From positions 1 through 57,241 of the forward strand of contig NW_021833616.1 in the NCBI RefSeq assembly GCF_006345805.1: a stretch of 57,241 nucleotides of DNA, written 5' to 3'. The notes beneath the pieces were generated by a model. The model saw nothing but the letters and a program-made list of their open reading frames with translations, did no database searches and was not told the origin of the DNA. The position numbers were made by a program, and so were the translations under genes. Positions 32,690 through 46,534 of this stretch are shown piece by piece. Source of the DNA: Octopus sinensis. Taxonomy: Eukaryota. Position 1 is the stretch's first letter. The number at the start of each line of letters is the position of its first letter.

Positions 32690-32850
32690 ATTTTTTTTTG
32701 TTCTTCTTTTTCCCTTTTACGATCCCTTTTGATCGAAAACCCACGCTACCTTTTTTTCTTTTGTTTTTTGTTTTTTCATCCCCCAAAAGAAAAGCTCTAC
32801 CTTGTGACTTGTCCCATCTGTGTGCAGCCCTGTGTGGCCAATAAAGAAAC

Positions 32851-32922
<72 letters not shown>

Positions 32923-33061
32923 GCATAGTTTAATTTAAGTTCTTCTCGTTAGAGTTCAAGTCGGTCACTAATAAACCAACAAGAGTTATTGAGTTAAGAA
33001 AGTTCCCGGTGCTTGTAAACATGTGGTTGAGTTGCATGCACCCATGTGTGTGCATCTATTC

Positions 33062-33092
<31 letters not shown>

Positions 33093-33685
33093 TGTATGTA
33101 TGTATGCGTGTGTATGTGCGAATGTTCGACTGACGTGCACGCCTGCGCGCAGGTATTTGTAGAAAGTGAGGAGAGGATAAAATTGACGGTAATCATTGAG
33201 TTACATTAATATATTAAGTCTCCTGTTTATTTGTATTGCTATCATAGAACAAACAGAAGATGACTTGTAAATGCTACTAGTGATCTACACTGTTGTATCC
33301 AACGAAAATTAGCTTCGATTCTCGTGGTATACGCATAAATCAGAACTGAAAGTATGTTTATTCCCGTTAAAATTCTTAAATTCTCTACTATATAATCTTA
33401 ATTACCTCCCTTACATTCACAACAACAGCCAGGACAAAAGTTCTCTCCCTTACTTATACCGCCTATTCTTTATTGCAACTCCGTTGCTTACAAAGCAATC
33501 TGAGTGACAAGAGAGCGTCCGTGGAGGCTTGTTGGGTTGAATTCTACAAAAAATTATTTTTCGAAAGCACTACTTTGTCTGATATGTACCTGCCAGTCAA
33601 GTGGTTTGATCTGAGTCTGTGTTTAAACTAAAACCATTTCTGCATGAAAGACACATGTTAGCTATTCAAAAATGCAGAACGTAGC

Positions 33686-33860
33686 TTCACTTACACATTT
33701 ATTCTTTGTTATATGGTGTCGCCATTTTCTTTTTGTGTCGTGAACTGCGACTTGGTCACTGACAAGATTATATGTCATGTAATGTTATCAGTGGCCAAGT
33801 CGCAGTTCATGTGATGAAAAATGTTGACACCTCATAACAAATAATAAATGTTTCAGTGAA
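33686..33860. repeat. 175-bp imperfect palindrome (MITE or pre-miRNA-like)
   Basis: Inner 22-bp stem 33741-33762 / 33788-33809 (one G-U pair); outer arms pair imperfectly to both ends. Confidence 0.75.
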
Positions 33861-34521
33861 ATTAACAATCTTTCTATGATTTTGAATGGTTAGCATGACG
33901 CATCAAATCTTAGTCGTATTAGTTTATCATTTTTCTTGTAGATATTAATTGTTGTTGGTGATAGAAATTATACAGCTCAAAGGAGGATGAGTCATTTGTG
34001 TTGCGAAAAAAGATATCAAATTACTTTAGTTGTGATGTGTAATTTGTCTCTCAATAAACTGAATATCTGTACTTAAATTTTGTTTTTCTTAGTTCCTTTC
34101 TTCGTGTGAGGGAAATCAGTCCACTACTTGTCTTTATTTGGTCCAATTCCTTGCTCTAGTCCACTCAGCAGTGAATAGGTAACCTTGTGACGGACTAGCC
34201 TTCCGATCAGAAGGAATGTTGACCTGTTCACCTAGGCAGAGTGTTGACATCATCTGAAAGCTAAAACGATGCAAAGTGCATTGTAATCAGCGATGTAGAA
34301 GAATATCCGATAGTGTTGTCGATCACGTGACCACATGATTTAAAAAAGATAGTAAGTATTAAATGTAACCGCTTCACAAACATGGTTATGCTAAATAATT
34401 TTGAAGTGAACCAGAGAGAGTAGATAATTAGTAAATATCTAATTTTATGTGGGGTGGTGCAGGGCTAAAGATATTTTAAGCTCCGAAACTGTGGTAAAAA
34501 GACCTATGTAATAATTAGATC

Positions 34522-34596
<75 letters not shown>

Positions 34597-35589
34597 CACA
34601 CATACATACATACATACATACATACATACATACATACATACATACATACATACATACATGAGACTATAAAAACTTGCAAGATCTTGAGATTTCTTCGCGG
34701 CCTTGCTATCATGTAGGTGGCCAGTCAAGATTAATTCCAAACTAAAATGAGAAAGCGAACCCCTCCACACACACACACACACGCACGGATATATGCGCGC
34801 GTGTGCATATGTATATAGAAACAATAATGCACATTTACAACAATAAAAGCGAATAAGTGTATATTTAATTTATGGTATTTGATATTCACCAATGGGAAAA
34901 CGGTGAGCTGACAGCATCGTTAGCACACCGGGCAAAATGTCTAACCGCATTTCGACCCTCTTTACATTCTGAGTTTAAAATTCGCTCAGGTTGACTTTGT
35001 ATTTCGTGGTCGAAAGAATGAGTACCCGTTGAGCAATGGATTCGATGTAATCGTTAATCTTCTTACCACGAATTTGCTGGCCTTGTGCCCAAATTTGAAG
35101 CCACTATCCATTTATCCGCCTTCACGGTTCAAATAAATGCCTTTGACCATTTTGTGATAATTATTTCACTTAGCTTAATTTATTTGGATTTATCCAGATT
35201 ATCTCGGCTATAAGAATGTTCTACTTTAAATTAAATAAAGTAGTACAAAGCAGCCTTAAATAAAATCTATTTTCGTTAAACGTTATATTGTATGCGTTCA
35301 AGTGCATTCGGACATGAGAAGACCTTCCGCTGCACAAATATTCCTCTTATACTTCAAGTATATTGGGCTGTAAATGTAGCCATGAATCAGACGGCGCATT
35401 TGTTTCTGCGTTCTTTCTCTTCATCAACTACGAATACCAAATTTTGTCATTCACGGCTCGCAGTAGATGGTCTTCTTACGTTTTAATACTCTCGAATGTG
35501 TAAATGTGATGTTACACGAATAAGTTCTACTTTATATATTTTAAAGTGTATCATTGAATATGAATCAAAGAAGAGTGACACCCTTCAAA

Positions 35590-35610
35590 CCAGGAACTTT
35601 TCAGCACCCC

Positions 35611-35675
<65 letters not shown>

Positions 35676-35875
35676 CGTGTGTCCCTCCAACGTCGCTTGA
35701 CAACCGATGCTGGTGTCTTTACGTTCCCGTCACTTAGCGGTTCGGCAAGGGAGCCCGATAGAATAAGTACTAGGCTAAAAAAGAGTAAGTGCTGGAGTCG
35801 ATTTGCTCGACTAAAGATGGTGCTCCTGCATGGACGCAGTCAAATGACTGAAACAAGAATAAAAAGAATATAATT
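35590..35875 (+). mobile_element. SINE family B, 3' half
   Basis: (GT)n followed by the standard family-B 3' module. Confidence 0.8.
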
Positions 35876-36029
35876 GATATAGTCTATCTACTTTAGTCTA
35901 GTTATAAGTATTTGCACGGTAAATCTTTCAAGGGAGATAAATCTTTCAAAAAGTGAAAGAGTTATCGAACATAATAACCTGAAGTTGTGCTGTTTGCGAC
36001 AGAAAGACTTCAGTATTTTACGTGGCCAA

Positions 36030-36735
36030 GGTGGCGAGCTGGCAGAAACGTTAGCACGCCAGGCGAAATGCTTAGCGGCATTTCGTCTGTCGCTACGTTC
36101 TGAGTTCAAATTCCGCCGAGGTCGACTTTGCCTTTCATCCTTTCGGGGTCGATTAAATAAGTACCAGTTACGCACTGGAGTCGATATAATCGACTTAATC
36201 CGTTTGTCTGTCCTTGTTTGTCGTCTCTGTGTTTAGCCCCTTGTGGGTAATAAAGAAATAGGTATTTCGTCTGCCGCTACGTTCTGAGCTCAAATTCCGC
36301 CGAGGTCGACTTTGACTTTCATCCTTTCGGGGTCGATTAAATAAGTACCAGTTACGCACTGGGGTCGATATAATCGACTTAATCCGTTTGACTGTCCTTG
36401 TTTGTCGTCTTTGTGTTTAGCCCCTTTGCCTTTCATCCTTTTGGGGTCGATAAATTAAGTACCAGCTACGCACTGGGGTCGATGTAATCGACTTAATCCG
36501 TTGTCTGTCCTTGTTTGTCCCCTCTGTGTTTAGCCCCTTGTGGGTAGTAAAGAAATAGGTATTTCTTCTGTCCTTACTTTCTGAGTTCAAATTCCGTCGA
36601 GGTCAACTTTGCCTTTCATCCTTTCGGGGTCAATAAATTAAGTACCAGTTGCGTACTGGAGTCGATCGAATCGACTATCCATCTCCCCCCAAATTTCTGG
36701 CATTATGGCATTATGCCTAGAGTAGAAAAGAATAC
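36030..36735 (+). mobile_element. SINE family A four-unit concatemer
   Basis: Re-entry at GGTATTTC (about 36262 and 36558) and at CTTTGCCTTTCATCC (about 36425). Confidence 0.85.
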
Positions 36736-37039
36736 TAGGATTTGGTGAGGAAGCGAGCTGGTAGAATGTTTAGCAGGCAGGTCAAAATGCTTAGCAGCAT
36801 TTTGGCCGTCTTTACGTCCTGAGTTTCAATTCTGTCGAGGTCGGCTTTGCCTTTCATCCTCCTTCGAAATCGATGACCTTGTAACGACATTTGATGCCAA
36901 TAATATGACTTGGTATTTTCACTCATTCGTCGTACATACATACATACATACATACATACATACATACATACATACATACATACGTACATACATACATACA
37001 TACATACATACATACATACATACATACATACATACGTAT

Positions 37040-37275
37040 ATCGTATTGTAAGAGTTGCGATGGTGGGAGACAAACACAGCCACACAAACACACACACAGA
37101 CACGCATACATACATACGAGGGACTCCTTTCAGTGTATGTCTACCAAATCCACTCACAAAGGTTTGGTTGGCCCGAGGCTACAGCAGAAGACACTTGCCC
37201 AAGGTGCCACGCAGTGAGACTGAACCCGGAACCATGTGGTTGATAAGCAAGCTACTTACCACACAGCCACTCCTA
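37040..37275 (-). mobile_element. SINE family B, 5' half
   Basis: Reverse-complement head and body, abutting the Helitron CTAG end. Confidence 0.8.
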
Positions 37276-37291
37276 TATATATATATATATA

Positions 37292-38590
37292 CTAGCAGAA
37301 TTGCCCGGCGATGCTCGGGGCTGAATTGCTTGAAAGTACTGTTAATGATCGCACTGAATTATGATGATTATTCAGGCAAATATTGATATAAGTTTACGGT
37401 GGGAGATAAGGACTTAACGATCAAACGTGTGCCATTGCATTGTTTTGGGTGAACCAAATTTCTAATGAGCATTATAGGGGCACCAATTTTAAGTTTGAGA
37501 AAGTGTGGTGGTAGTCCGGGGTGCCCAAAGGAATTGAGTACCTCTATTGGATAGTTGATGACGTCCTCTGGGTCAGGAGTTGTATCGACAGACTTATATA
37601 CATAGACTTCCCCAGGAATGAGTTTTAGCATTTCATCATTAATATGGTGAACGGTTTTATTCCTCGGGGCCAGAATAGCCCTTTGGCCAATCCAATCCAT
37701 ATTCTGATAATTAGCTTGTAGATCTGGGAACACTGCATCTCTGAGATCAGAAGGCGTTTTAACAATGGTACAAATGGAATCGATGGCAATATTACCATTT
37801 TCATCCCCTGGTATTTTGCCTTCGCCAAGTGCAAGGAGGGTGTGAGAAAATGCTGCTAATGTGATATTACGTCGCATATGTGCACGCATATTGGTGTGAA
37901 GTTTGAGAGTCTTCACCAGTGGCCACAATGTGGATGACTTAAGACACGTACTTACTGCATCAGCTCTAGTCCCTTTGGGAATAACGGGAAGTGTTTGTCG
38001 GAAGTCCCCCGAAAGAAGAAATGTTATGCCTCCCATGGGAGCTGAAGAGTGTTTGATGTCTCTGAGAGATCTATCTAGTGCCTCAAGAGCACGTCTGTGG
38101 GCCATCCCAAACGATAAGCTTGCATCGTCTGAAGACTTCTGCCTGATCGGAGCTGTTAATGATGTTGCAAGTTGGTGTCTCAGTCTTCGCTAAGTCAAGC
38201 GGAAGCTTGAAAGTGGAGTGAGCTGAATGCCGCCTGGCAACAAATTCCAGATGATGCCACAATTCCAGATGATGCCACAGCTAGGGCAATGCCTTGTGTT
38301 CGCCTAATCTCAGCCAATATTAATTTGTTGACAAAAGTTTTCCCAGTGCCCCCAGGAGCGTCCAGGAAAAAAATCCTCCCAGTTTTGGCCCGGACTGAAT
38401 TAACAACGGAGTTGTAAGCAAACTTGTGTTCTGGAAGGAGCTTTGGCTCATTGTCGGCTATGTACTCGGCAAGCTCATCAACATTAAAACATGTCTCACG
38501 CAGGAAATGTGAAGACAGAGTGTTTGTGCCTTCCCGGTTTGTTGAAGCTAGGCCATAGACCGGCAAGGCACTACCGCCCATATCAAGTAC
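37292..38590 (-). mobile_element. Helitron remnant: PIF1-type helicase with internal deletion and intact 3' terminus
   Basis: FFLDAPGGTGKTF (Walker A), LAVASSGI, GGITFLLSGDFRQTLPV, AILAPRN, LKLKIGAPIMLIRNL..CNGTRL; 3' hairpin (37303-37319) and CTAG|T at 37292. Confidence 0.92.
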
Positions 38591-39430
38591 AGTATCTTCG
38601 AACGTAGTTTGTTACCACACAGCCACACCTGCCCCTATGTATGTGTGTGTGCGTGTGTGTGTATGGGTAGATATATTATGCATGTACATATGTGTATATA
38701 TATATATATGTGTGTACATATTACATGTACATCTATATATATATACATCTACACATAAAATACAAAATACAAAGTTATATCTTGATATCGCTAGTGATAA
38801 CAATACTCAAAATATATAACAGACTTGAATTGTAGGCCCGTCTCTTGCAATTTCGATCAATTGGATCTTGTCCTCCCTCTTGTATAGAAGTGTATGGCTG
38901 CAGCGAAATTCATTTTTGGACTTTCTTCTATCGAAGGCATTTTAACAAAAATGCTTCCGTAAAGACGGTGAAAATATTGTCAATTTCCCCAAACAGGGAC
39001 ACAATTCAATTTTGAAACAATAACCAAAGCCCCCTCTCCGAAAGGGGGAGGGTTACGGTTTACAAATGCAATTTAACAAATGCAACACAACAACGTTTCC
39101 CTGGCGAGGAACCAACAAACGTGATTACAATAGTCAAACTGTAATAATAATTACAACAAACCTTTTTAATTTATCCCCATTTATGTGAAACCACTTATTC
39201 AAGTTCAAGTCATTGATGCAATTTTATACGAATTGCTAATACACACACACATAATAAGGGTGAAAAATTGAATATTAATTTGATTAATATGAATTGAAAA
39301 CCAGTGGTGTAGCATATATGACCATAGCGGATCTTCCTCTAGCAAAAAGGATGACCTCTATTAATGGCTCATCCCTGTTACACACACACACACCACACAC
39401 ACACACACACATACATACACACTCACACAC

Positions 39431-39478
<48 letters not shown>

Positions 39479-39603
39479 TAGCTTACAATTTTCTTTCAAC
39501 AATTGACACTGTCATATATGTATATGTTTGCGTGTCTATGTGTGTAAAGAGGAAGTGGGAGTAATAGGCGGAGTAAAGCCTTTGAAGTGAGAGAGGGAAA
39601 TCT

Positions 39604-40010
39604 TAAAATATTGAGTTTTCTCGAATTTTTGCTTAATTGGGGGTGAAATTGAAAGAAATTTATATGCCATGACCGAGTGGAATGTACTTGGAAAAATCCT
39701 AGGTAAACTCCAATTGAAGAAATTGTGTGAGGAGTAAATCGTTATGTATTTACTTATTTCTGTTTGCTCTGTATTTTTTTTGAGTAGTGGTTTAAGGTAC
39801 ACTTGCAAAGAGAAAGTAGGAGAAATTATGGTAATAGCATGAGTGAAGCAGTTGAAATTAGAGAGGCAAATCGTAAAATATTTACTTTTCTCGAATTTTT
39901 GCTTAATTGGGGGTCAAATAGAAAAAACTTTATATGCCATGACCCAATCGAATCTACTTGTAAAAATCGTAGGTAAATTCCAATTGTAGAAATTCTATAT
40001 TGTAGAATTG
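39604..40010. repeat. Diverged ~130-bp direct repeats about 270 bp apart
   Basis: TAAAATATT..TTTTCTCGAATTTTTGCTTAATTGGGGGT...TATATGCCATGACC at about 39604 and 39874. Confidence 0.7.
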
Positions 40011-40060
40011 TATTAAAAAGGAACATGAGAACAGGCAGAGAAAATCTGCCTTTTATCATG

Positions 40061-40093
<33 letters not shown>

Positions 40094-40655
40094 ATATATA
40101 TAATATATATATATATAAATACATACATACACACAAACACACGCATACACACACATGTACACACACACATACACACACACATAGAGTCAACAGACGAGAT
40201 TCAGAAATTCTCCGTATAGAGGACACTTAGTAGTGCTCGCATGATTCAGACTTAGACTTCCATGGTGTAAATAATGACTACAAGAGGGATCAAGTTGAGA
40301 GATCAAGTTGAAGGATCAAATTGAGGGATCAAGTTGAGCAAATACGGAGGCAATCATCCAGAGAGAATTGCCCCTCTTTCCTCCTCCTCCCCCTCCCTCA
40401 CTTTATATATATATATGAGTTAAACTTGATTAATAAATCCAGGCAGATATCTAGAAAGCACTCAGTGTTAAGCGAACATGGTTAGCTATATCAAACAATC
40501 AGTTACCAATAAATTTAAAACGAGTTAATGTCCAAGATAATTTCTCATGTATGCCTATTAGATCCAAATATCCCCTAGAAAAATTTTAAGAAATGCGGAG
40601 TAACTGACAGCATGAACATGAATGGAGAAAATCACATCTTTAATCGGTGATTATA

Positions 40656-40958
40656 CTATATGTCAGCGAAATGCGCGCGCACATTAAGAGCTGTTTTAAC
40701 TCCACCAATCGGCAACGCTAGAGCACTGAACATTGAATATATGCAATGCGGTTTTGCTGTTCTGCGCTCAACTTGGACAGTTCCGTTTGATGGCTCTTCA
40801 GTGCTTTTGGAGCTTATGTCAAATCGGTATTTTCCCTCCAACCACTGCCAGGCGAAGGAATTTTGGAAGTTGTCTATGATAGTCCTCGGCCCGAAAATAC
40901 TCCTGAACAGACTAACTAAATCGGCTTCGTCTCCGCGCAGAATTTCTCTAAAGCGGAA
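40656..40958 (-). CDS. Candidate terminal coding exon (101 codons including stop), unknown protein
   Basis: Unique, higher-GC island; stop-free FRFREILRGDEADLVSLFRSIFGPRTIIDNFQNSFAWQWLEGKYRFDI...HFADI*; antisense frame also open; acceptor weak (GACTAAAAG|). Confidence 0.3.
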   Translation of the reverse strand, partial: FRFREILRGDEADLVSLFRSIFGPRTIIDNFQNSFAWQWLEGKYRFDISSKSTEEPSNGTVQVERRTAKPHCIYSMFSALALPIGGVKTALNVRAHFADI

Positions 40959-41235
40959 CTTTTAGTCACCGGTAAGCGCCCAACTATTATAGGGCTGTGA
41001 ATGCCTAACGATATTCCAAATGCCATAACAGTAATAATGATGATAATAATAATAGAAATAATGCTTTCAAGCTTTGGCACCAGGCCAGCAAGTTCGGTGG
41101 AGTGGGGTAAGTTGGTTACATCGTCTCCCAGTGTTTCACTTGTACTTATTTTATCGACCCTGAAAGGATGAAAGGCGAAGTCGACCTCGACGGAATTTAA
41201 ACTTAGAACGTAATGATGGGCGAAATGCTACAAAG

Positions 41236-41357
<122 letters not shown>

Positions 41358-41789
41358 ATAATAATAATAATAATAATAATAATGGTTTCTGATTGAAGCA
41401 CAAGGATAACAGTTATGAGGGGAGGGATTAAGTCTATTCCATCAACCCTAGTCCTTGCAGGTACTTCATTTTAGCGATTCCGGTGGGATAAAAGGCAAAT
41501 TTGGCTTCAGAGTAATTTCAACCCAGTTGGTTGGTTAAGAGCCAAAACAAACATTACAAATGTTTCTCTCGACGCTCTAATGATTCTGTCAGTTAACTGC
41601 CTTAATCATAGCGATTTTCTTTAATAGGTCACAAAGGCCCAAGCCATTGATGAGCAAAACACACAAAAACTGAGGTTTACAACGATCAAAAGGATATCAA
41701 CAATAATAAGAATATAATAAAAGGATATTAGAAAAGATATCAGAAATAGAATTCAGAAATATGTGCAACAAGAATAGTTCCTCAACAGG

Positions 41790-43240
41790 GAAATTTCTGA
41801 CGAATCCTACATACAAAATAAGGGTCGGATTACCCTCCCATCTCCAACACATCAAAAGTACTCTCTCCCATTTTCTTCCCCCAACTTACAAAACCATATT
41901 CAAGGTAGACCTATTCAGATCCCCTAGTCTTGCTACTCACATCCTCCATTCAATAAATGCACGAGAAGGCAGCTTCTACTTGTCTACCCTAATTTTCTTC
42001 TTGAAGTGGTGTTTGAAGAAATTTATGAGATTTCAGAAGAGGCCACTCAGACTGTCCTCGTCGATGCCCAGAGCCAATCTCAGGCCATCGTCTTTCATAC
42101 CCCAACTAATTCTCTACAGAAATCTAGAGTTGTTTTCTCTGCCAAGCTGGCGCTGCAGTGAGTGTCTGGCCATTTGCATATCTGACGACTAAGCCGGGTT
42201 TGCATTTGTTATTACCAGTATCATTTGTTGTTCTTATTGTTGCTGGAAGAGGTGGTAGTGAGACTTATTTCTGAACCTTCTGAAATGGAGGAATACTTTG
42301 TTCTTGTAGGTGTCTTTGTGACAGTGGGACATTCTCAGGAAACACCTCATACATCCCAATAAAAATCATCTGACATCTGTTGGGCCATAGATGGATACGA
42401 GTCAGCAGGTATGACCTTTCCTGTCGTTCACGTTCAGTATCACCAAGTTATCTTTTGGGTTCAAGAAGATGGTTCGTATTGCGAAACCCAGACATTTGCG
42501 AAACAATGCTGTAATTCCGCCACCAATTCCTGGTCGACTTGGAGGTAAGTGGATCTGAAATCTTTAGAATCCACTGAAAAGGAGCTTAAGGGCTTATTGA
42601 TTGGAAATTCTGGTATCGCTGTCAGTCACCATATTTCACCATATTCATGTCTAGTGATCCGTGCTCGTTGAGCAGGTACCCTGCTTCCAAGGCGACTTCA
42701 AACCACACATATTTACACAGTAAATGGCGGCGAGCTGGCAGAATCGTTAGCACGCCGGGCGAAATGCTTAGCGGTATTTCGTCTGCCGCTACGTTCTGAG
42801 TTCAAATTCCGCCGAGGTCGACTTTGCCTTTCATCCTTTCGGGGTCGATTAAATAAGTGCCAGTTACGCACTGGAGTCGATATAATCCGTTTGTCTGTCC
42901 TTGTTTCTCCTCTCTGTGTTTAGCCCATTGTGGGTAGTAAAGAAATAGGTATTTCGTCTGTCTTTATGTTCTGAGTTCAAATTCTGCCGATGTCGATTTT
43001 GCCTTTCATCCTTTCGGGGTTAGTAGAATAAGTACTACTTACGCACTGGGGTCGATGTAATCGACTTAACCCCTTTGTCTGTCCTTGTTTGTCCCCTCTA
43101 TGTTTAGCCCCTTGTGGGCAATAAAGAAATACACATATTTATACAGTAAGGTTCGACGGAAAATAGGAAAGTATGAAAGATTCACTTAGCTTAATTCCGT
43201 GGGAAGGCCAGGTGTTCCGCCCCTATGTTTAGCTGTAGGT
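41790..43240 (-). mobile_element. L1/Tx1-like LINE remnant (APE endonuclease joined to ORF2 C-terminus, RT deleted)
   Basis: ICVV.SRL, FRKCLGFAIRTIFLNPKDNLVILNVN..LVSIYGP (APE-like), then INFFKHHFKKKIRVD..FIEW..VARL..LNMVL*. Confidence 0.55.
42724..43130 (+). mobile_element. SINE family A dimer with 19-bp TSD
   Basis: ACACATATTTA(C/T)ACAGTAA at 42705-42723 and 43131-43149. Confidence 0.9.
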
Positions 43241-43586
43241 GCTTCCACAAGCAGTTCTTTATAAAATTTATTTTTTATTGATGTTCCAACACCACCAGGG
43301 TACTTTTTCTGTGTTTTTTGATATCGTTATATATCTTTTGAGTTGTTTAGATGCTCTTTTTCTGTGTCGGTATGATTAACCCTCTTTAATTAATGTCTGT
43401 GTATTGTTGTATGTTTTATCATTGTTTGTTGTTTGTATGTATATGGCAGTAAGTTTTATAATGTTTCTTTGATGTTGTTCTACATTTGTATGTAGGATGG
43501 AATTCACTAGTGTTTTTGATGTTGGTTGTGTTTGTGGCGTGGGTAATTAAGTTGGTGGAAATGTGGATGGTGGTGATGATATTGGC

Positions 43587-43965
43587 TAAGGCGGCGAGCT
43601 AGCAGAATCGTTAGCACGCCGGGCGAAATGCTTAGCAGTATTTCGTCTGCCGCTACGTTCTGAGTTCAAATTCCGCCGAGGTCGACTTTGCCTTTCATCC
43701 TTTCGGGGTCGATAAATTAAGTACCAGTTATGCACTGGGGTCGATATAATCGACTTAATCCGTTTGTCTGTCCTTGTTTGTTCTCTCTGTGTTTAGCCCC
43801 TTGTGGGTAATAAAGAAATAGGTATTTCGTCTGTCTGTATGTTCAAATTCTGCCGATGTCGACTTTTCCTTTTATCCTTTCGGGGTCAGTAGAATAAGTA
43901 CCAGTTGAGCACTGGGACCGATGAAATCAACTTACCCCTTACACCGAAATTGCTGGTCCTGGGAC
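43587..43965 (+). mobile_element. SINE family A dimer
   Basis: Head-body-tail1 followed by body-tail2. Confidence 0.85.
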
Positions 43966-44357
43966 AAAAAATTTGATACCAATGATGGTATTGATATTCT
44001 TTGGTGTTGATATTGGAGATGTTGCTGGAGTGTCGTTCTTGAGAATTGTTTCTTCCATCAGTTTGAACACCCCTGCATTCTCTTTTCCCTTTTTTCCCCC
44101 TAGTTTATTACCTTTTGCCATTTGCTTACTTCGTCGTCACCTTCACCACACAACTAGTCTATTGGGTTCCCAAGAGAGAAGGAGCATGCTTTGAGAGTTA
44201 TTGTCTTGTAATTCTATTTTTTTGTTATTTGGGGGTCCTTCAGTTGTTGCTGTTGGCTCTTGAGGTTCGGTACATTTTTATTGTTTCTATTACTGATGTT
44301 TCTACTGTCCCTGTTGATGTTGCAATTGCTGTGGTAGTTGTGTAACAGTGGTAGAGA

Positions 44358-44587
44358 CGGCGAGCTGGCAGAAACGTTAGCACGCCGGGCGAAATGCGTA
44401 GCCGTATTTCGTCTGCCGTTACGTTCTGAGTTCAAATGCCGCCGAGGTCGACTTTGCCTTTCATCCTTTCGGGGTCGATAAATTAAGGACAAGTTATGCA
44501 CTGGGGTCAATGTAACCGACTTAATCCGTTTGTCTGTCCTTGTTTGTCCCCTCTGTGTTTAGCCCCTTGTGGGTATTAAAGAAACAG
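44358..44587 (+). mobile_element. SINE family A monomer
   Basis: Standard head, body and tail1. Confidence 0.85.
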
Positions 44588-45004
44588 GTACTGTTGTTAC
44601 AGCTATTTCGGTGGCTGGATACTTGTTTTAGCGACGCAGTTATTGTCGTTACTGTTGTTGTGGCCACATGCAGCCGTTGGCATTATTACTGCTTTTGCTG
44701 TAGGTGTAGTTGCTTCGGTGATGATAATATCAGCTGAGGTGGGGTTCTTGTTTCTCTCTTCTTTTCAAGCTGAAAACAGAAAACATTGAAATAGTCTATG
44801 TCATCACACAATTAACATATTGGCTTTCCGCTCTCATTTTCTTTGTAGAATCGTGACCCGTGTGGGAAGATTAATCAGATCCAGGATGGATTCCATAATT
44901 TCATGATTTGTTTGGATCAATAGTTTATTCCTTCACCGGACTAGAACTCTTTATTCTTATTACTTTACGACCAAAAATAGATTAATATGATGACTACTGT
45001 GTTA

Positions 45005-45390
45005 GGTGGCGGAATCGTTAGCACACCGGGCGAAATGCTTAGCCGTATTTCGTCTGCCGTTATGTTCTGAGTTCAAATTCCGCCGAGGTCGACTTTGCCT
45101 TTCATCCTTTCGGGGTCGATTAAATAACTACCAGTTACGCAATGGGGTCGATATATATTTCTTTACTGCCCACAAGGGGCTAAACATAGAGGGGACAAAC
45201 AAGGACAGACAAAGGGATTAAGTCGATTACATCGACCCCAGTGCGTAACTGGTACTTTATTTATCGAGGAGGAAAGGCAAAGTCGACCTCGGCGGAATTT
45301 GAAGCTGGGGTCGATATAAGCGACTTAATCCCTTTGTCTGTCCTTGTTTGTCCCCTCTATGTTTAGCCCCTTGTGGGCAGTAAAGAAATA
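45005..45390. mobile_element. Rearranged SINE family A cluster (+/-/+ pieces)
   Basis: Plus-strand head and body to about 45140, inverted tail/body about 45150-45300, plus-strand tail about 45305-45390. Confidence 0.7.
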
Positions 45391-45754
45391 AGAATCTTTA
45401 GCACGCTGGGAAAATTACTAAACCACATTTCTTCCGTCTTTAGGTTCTGTATTCAAATTCCGCAGAGGTCGACTTCAGTTTTTATCCCCTTAGGAGTCGA
45501 TAAAAAAAGTACCAGTTGATCACTGGGGTCGATAAAATCAGCTTGAACCACCCCCACTACGAAATTGCTGTCCTTATGCCAAAATGTGAAACTAATATGA
45601 CGTCCAGTGTTATCCAGTCTACTCCTCGGTTGCCGGGGAGTGCTTCCCGGTGTCATCCTTTGTCGGAAATCTCTCTACTGTGCTATACTTTCCCCCATGG
45701 CAATGTATGTTCTGGGACCCTATATGTATTTGAGGCCATTTCCTTACCTGCTCT

Positions 45755-46150
45755 TTTCCTCTTTTACTTGTTTCAGTCATTTGACTGCGGCCATGCTGGA
45801 GCACCGCTTTTAGTCGAGAAAATCGATCCCAGGAATTATTCTTTGCAAGCCCAGTACTTATTCTATCGGACTATTTTGCCGAACCGCTAAGTTACGGAGA
45901 CGTAAGCACACTAGCATCGGTTGTCAAGCGATGCTGCGGGGGTGGGGGGCACGGACACAAACATATACACACATATACATATACATACATATATACATAT
46001 ATACGACGGGCTTCTTTCAGTTTCCGTCTACCAAATCCACTCACAAGCCTTTTGTTGGCCCGAGGCTATAGTAGAAGACATTCGCCCAAGGTGTCACGCA
46101 GTGGGACTGAACCCGGAACCATGTGGTTGGTAAGCAAGCTACTTACCACA
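45755..46150 (-). mobile_element. SINE family B, near full length
   Basis: Reverse complement of the family-B consensus. Confidence 0.85.
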
Positions 46151-46534
46151 GAGCCTTTTCTGATCTTTTCTTCCTGTCATTTTGACGACACTAGTTTTGA
46201 GGTTGGTTACCAAATAGATTCCAATATGTTTTAAGTTACGTTTCGTCCAAAACTCATAACCATGTTTTACGCATTTTAAATTTTTGTGATGATAAAATAA
46301 CTTCAATCTGCTGGACAACATTAACGAACCCGTCAACGCTAGATTTGTAAATGATTGTTTCTGGTGTTTTTTTTTCATTTATTTTGGGTGTGTTTCTAGT
46401 TCGTCTCAATGGCGTTGGTAACAGGAGAAAAATAAGCGAGAAATTTAATAATTTAGTGTTTTATTAAAGCGGCGAGGTAGCAGAATCGTTACCACGCCGG
46501 ATAAAACACTTATCGGCGTTTAGTCCGTCTTTAT

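Noticed and set aside
33250-33660. Splice-site-bounded segments (33251-33353 plus strand; about 33590-33640 minus strand)
   Set aside because: All three frames contain stops; could only be non-coding exons and there is no evidence for that.
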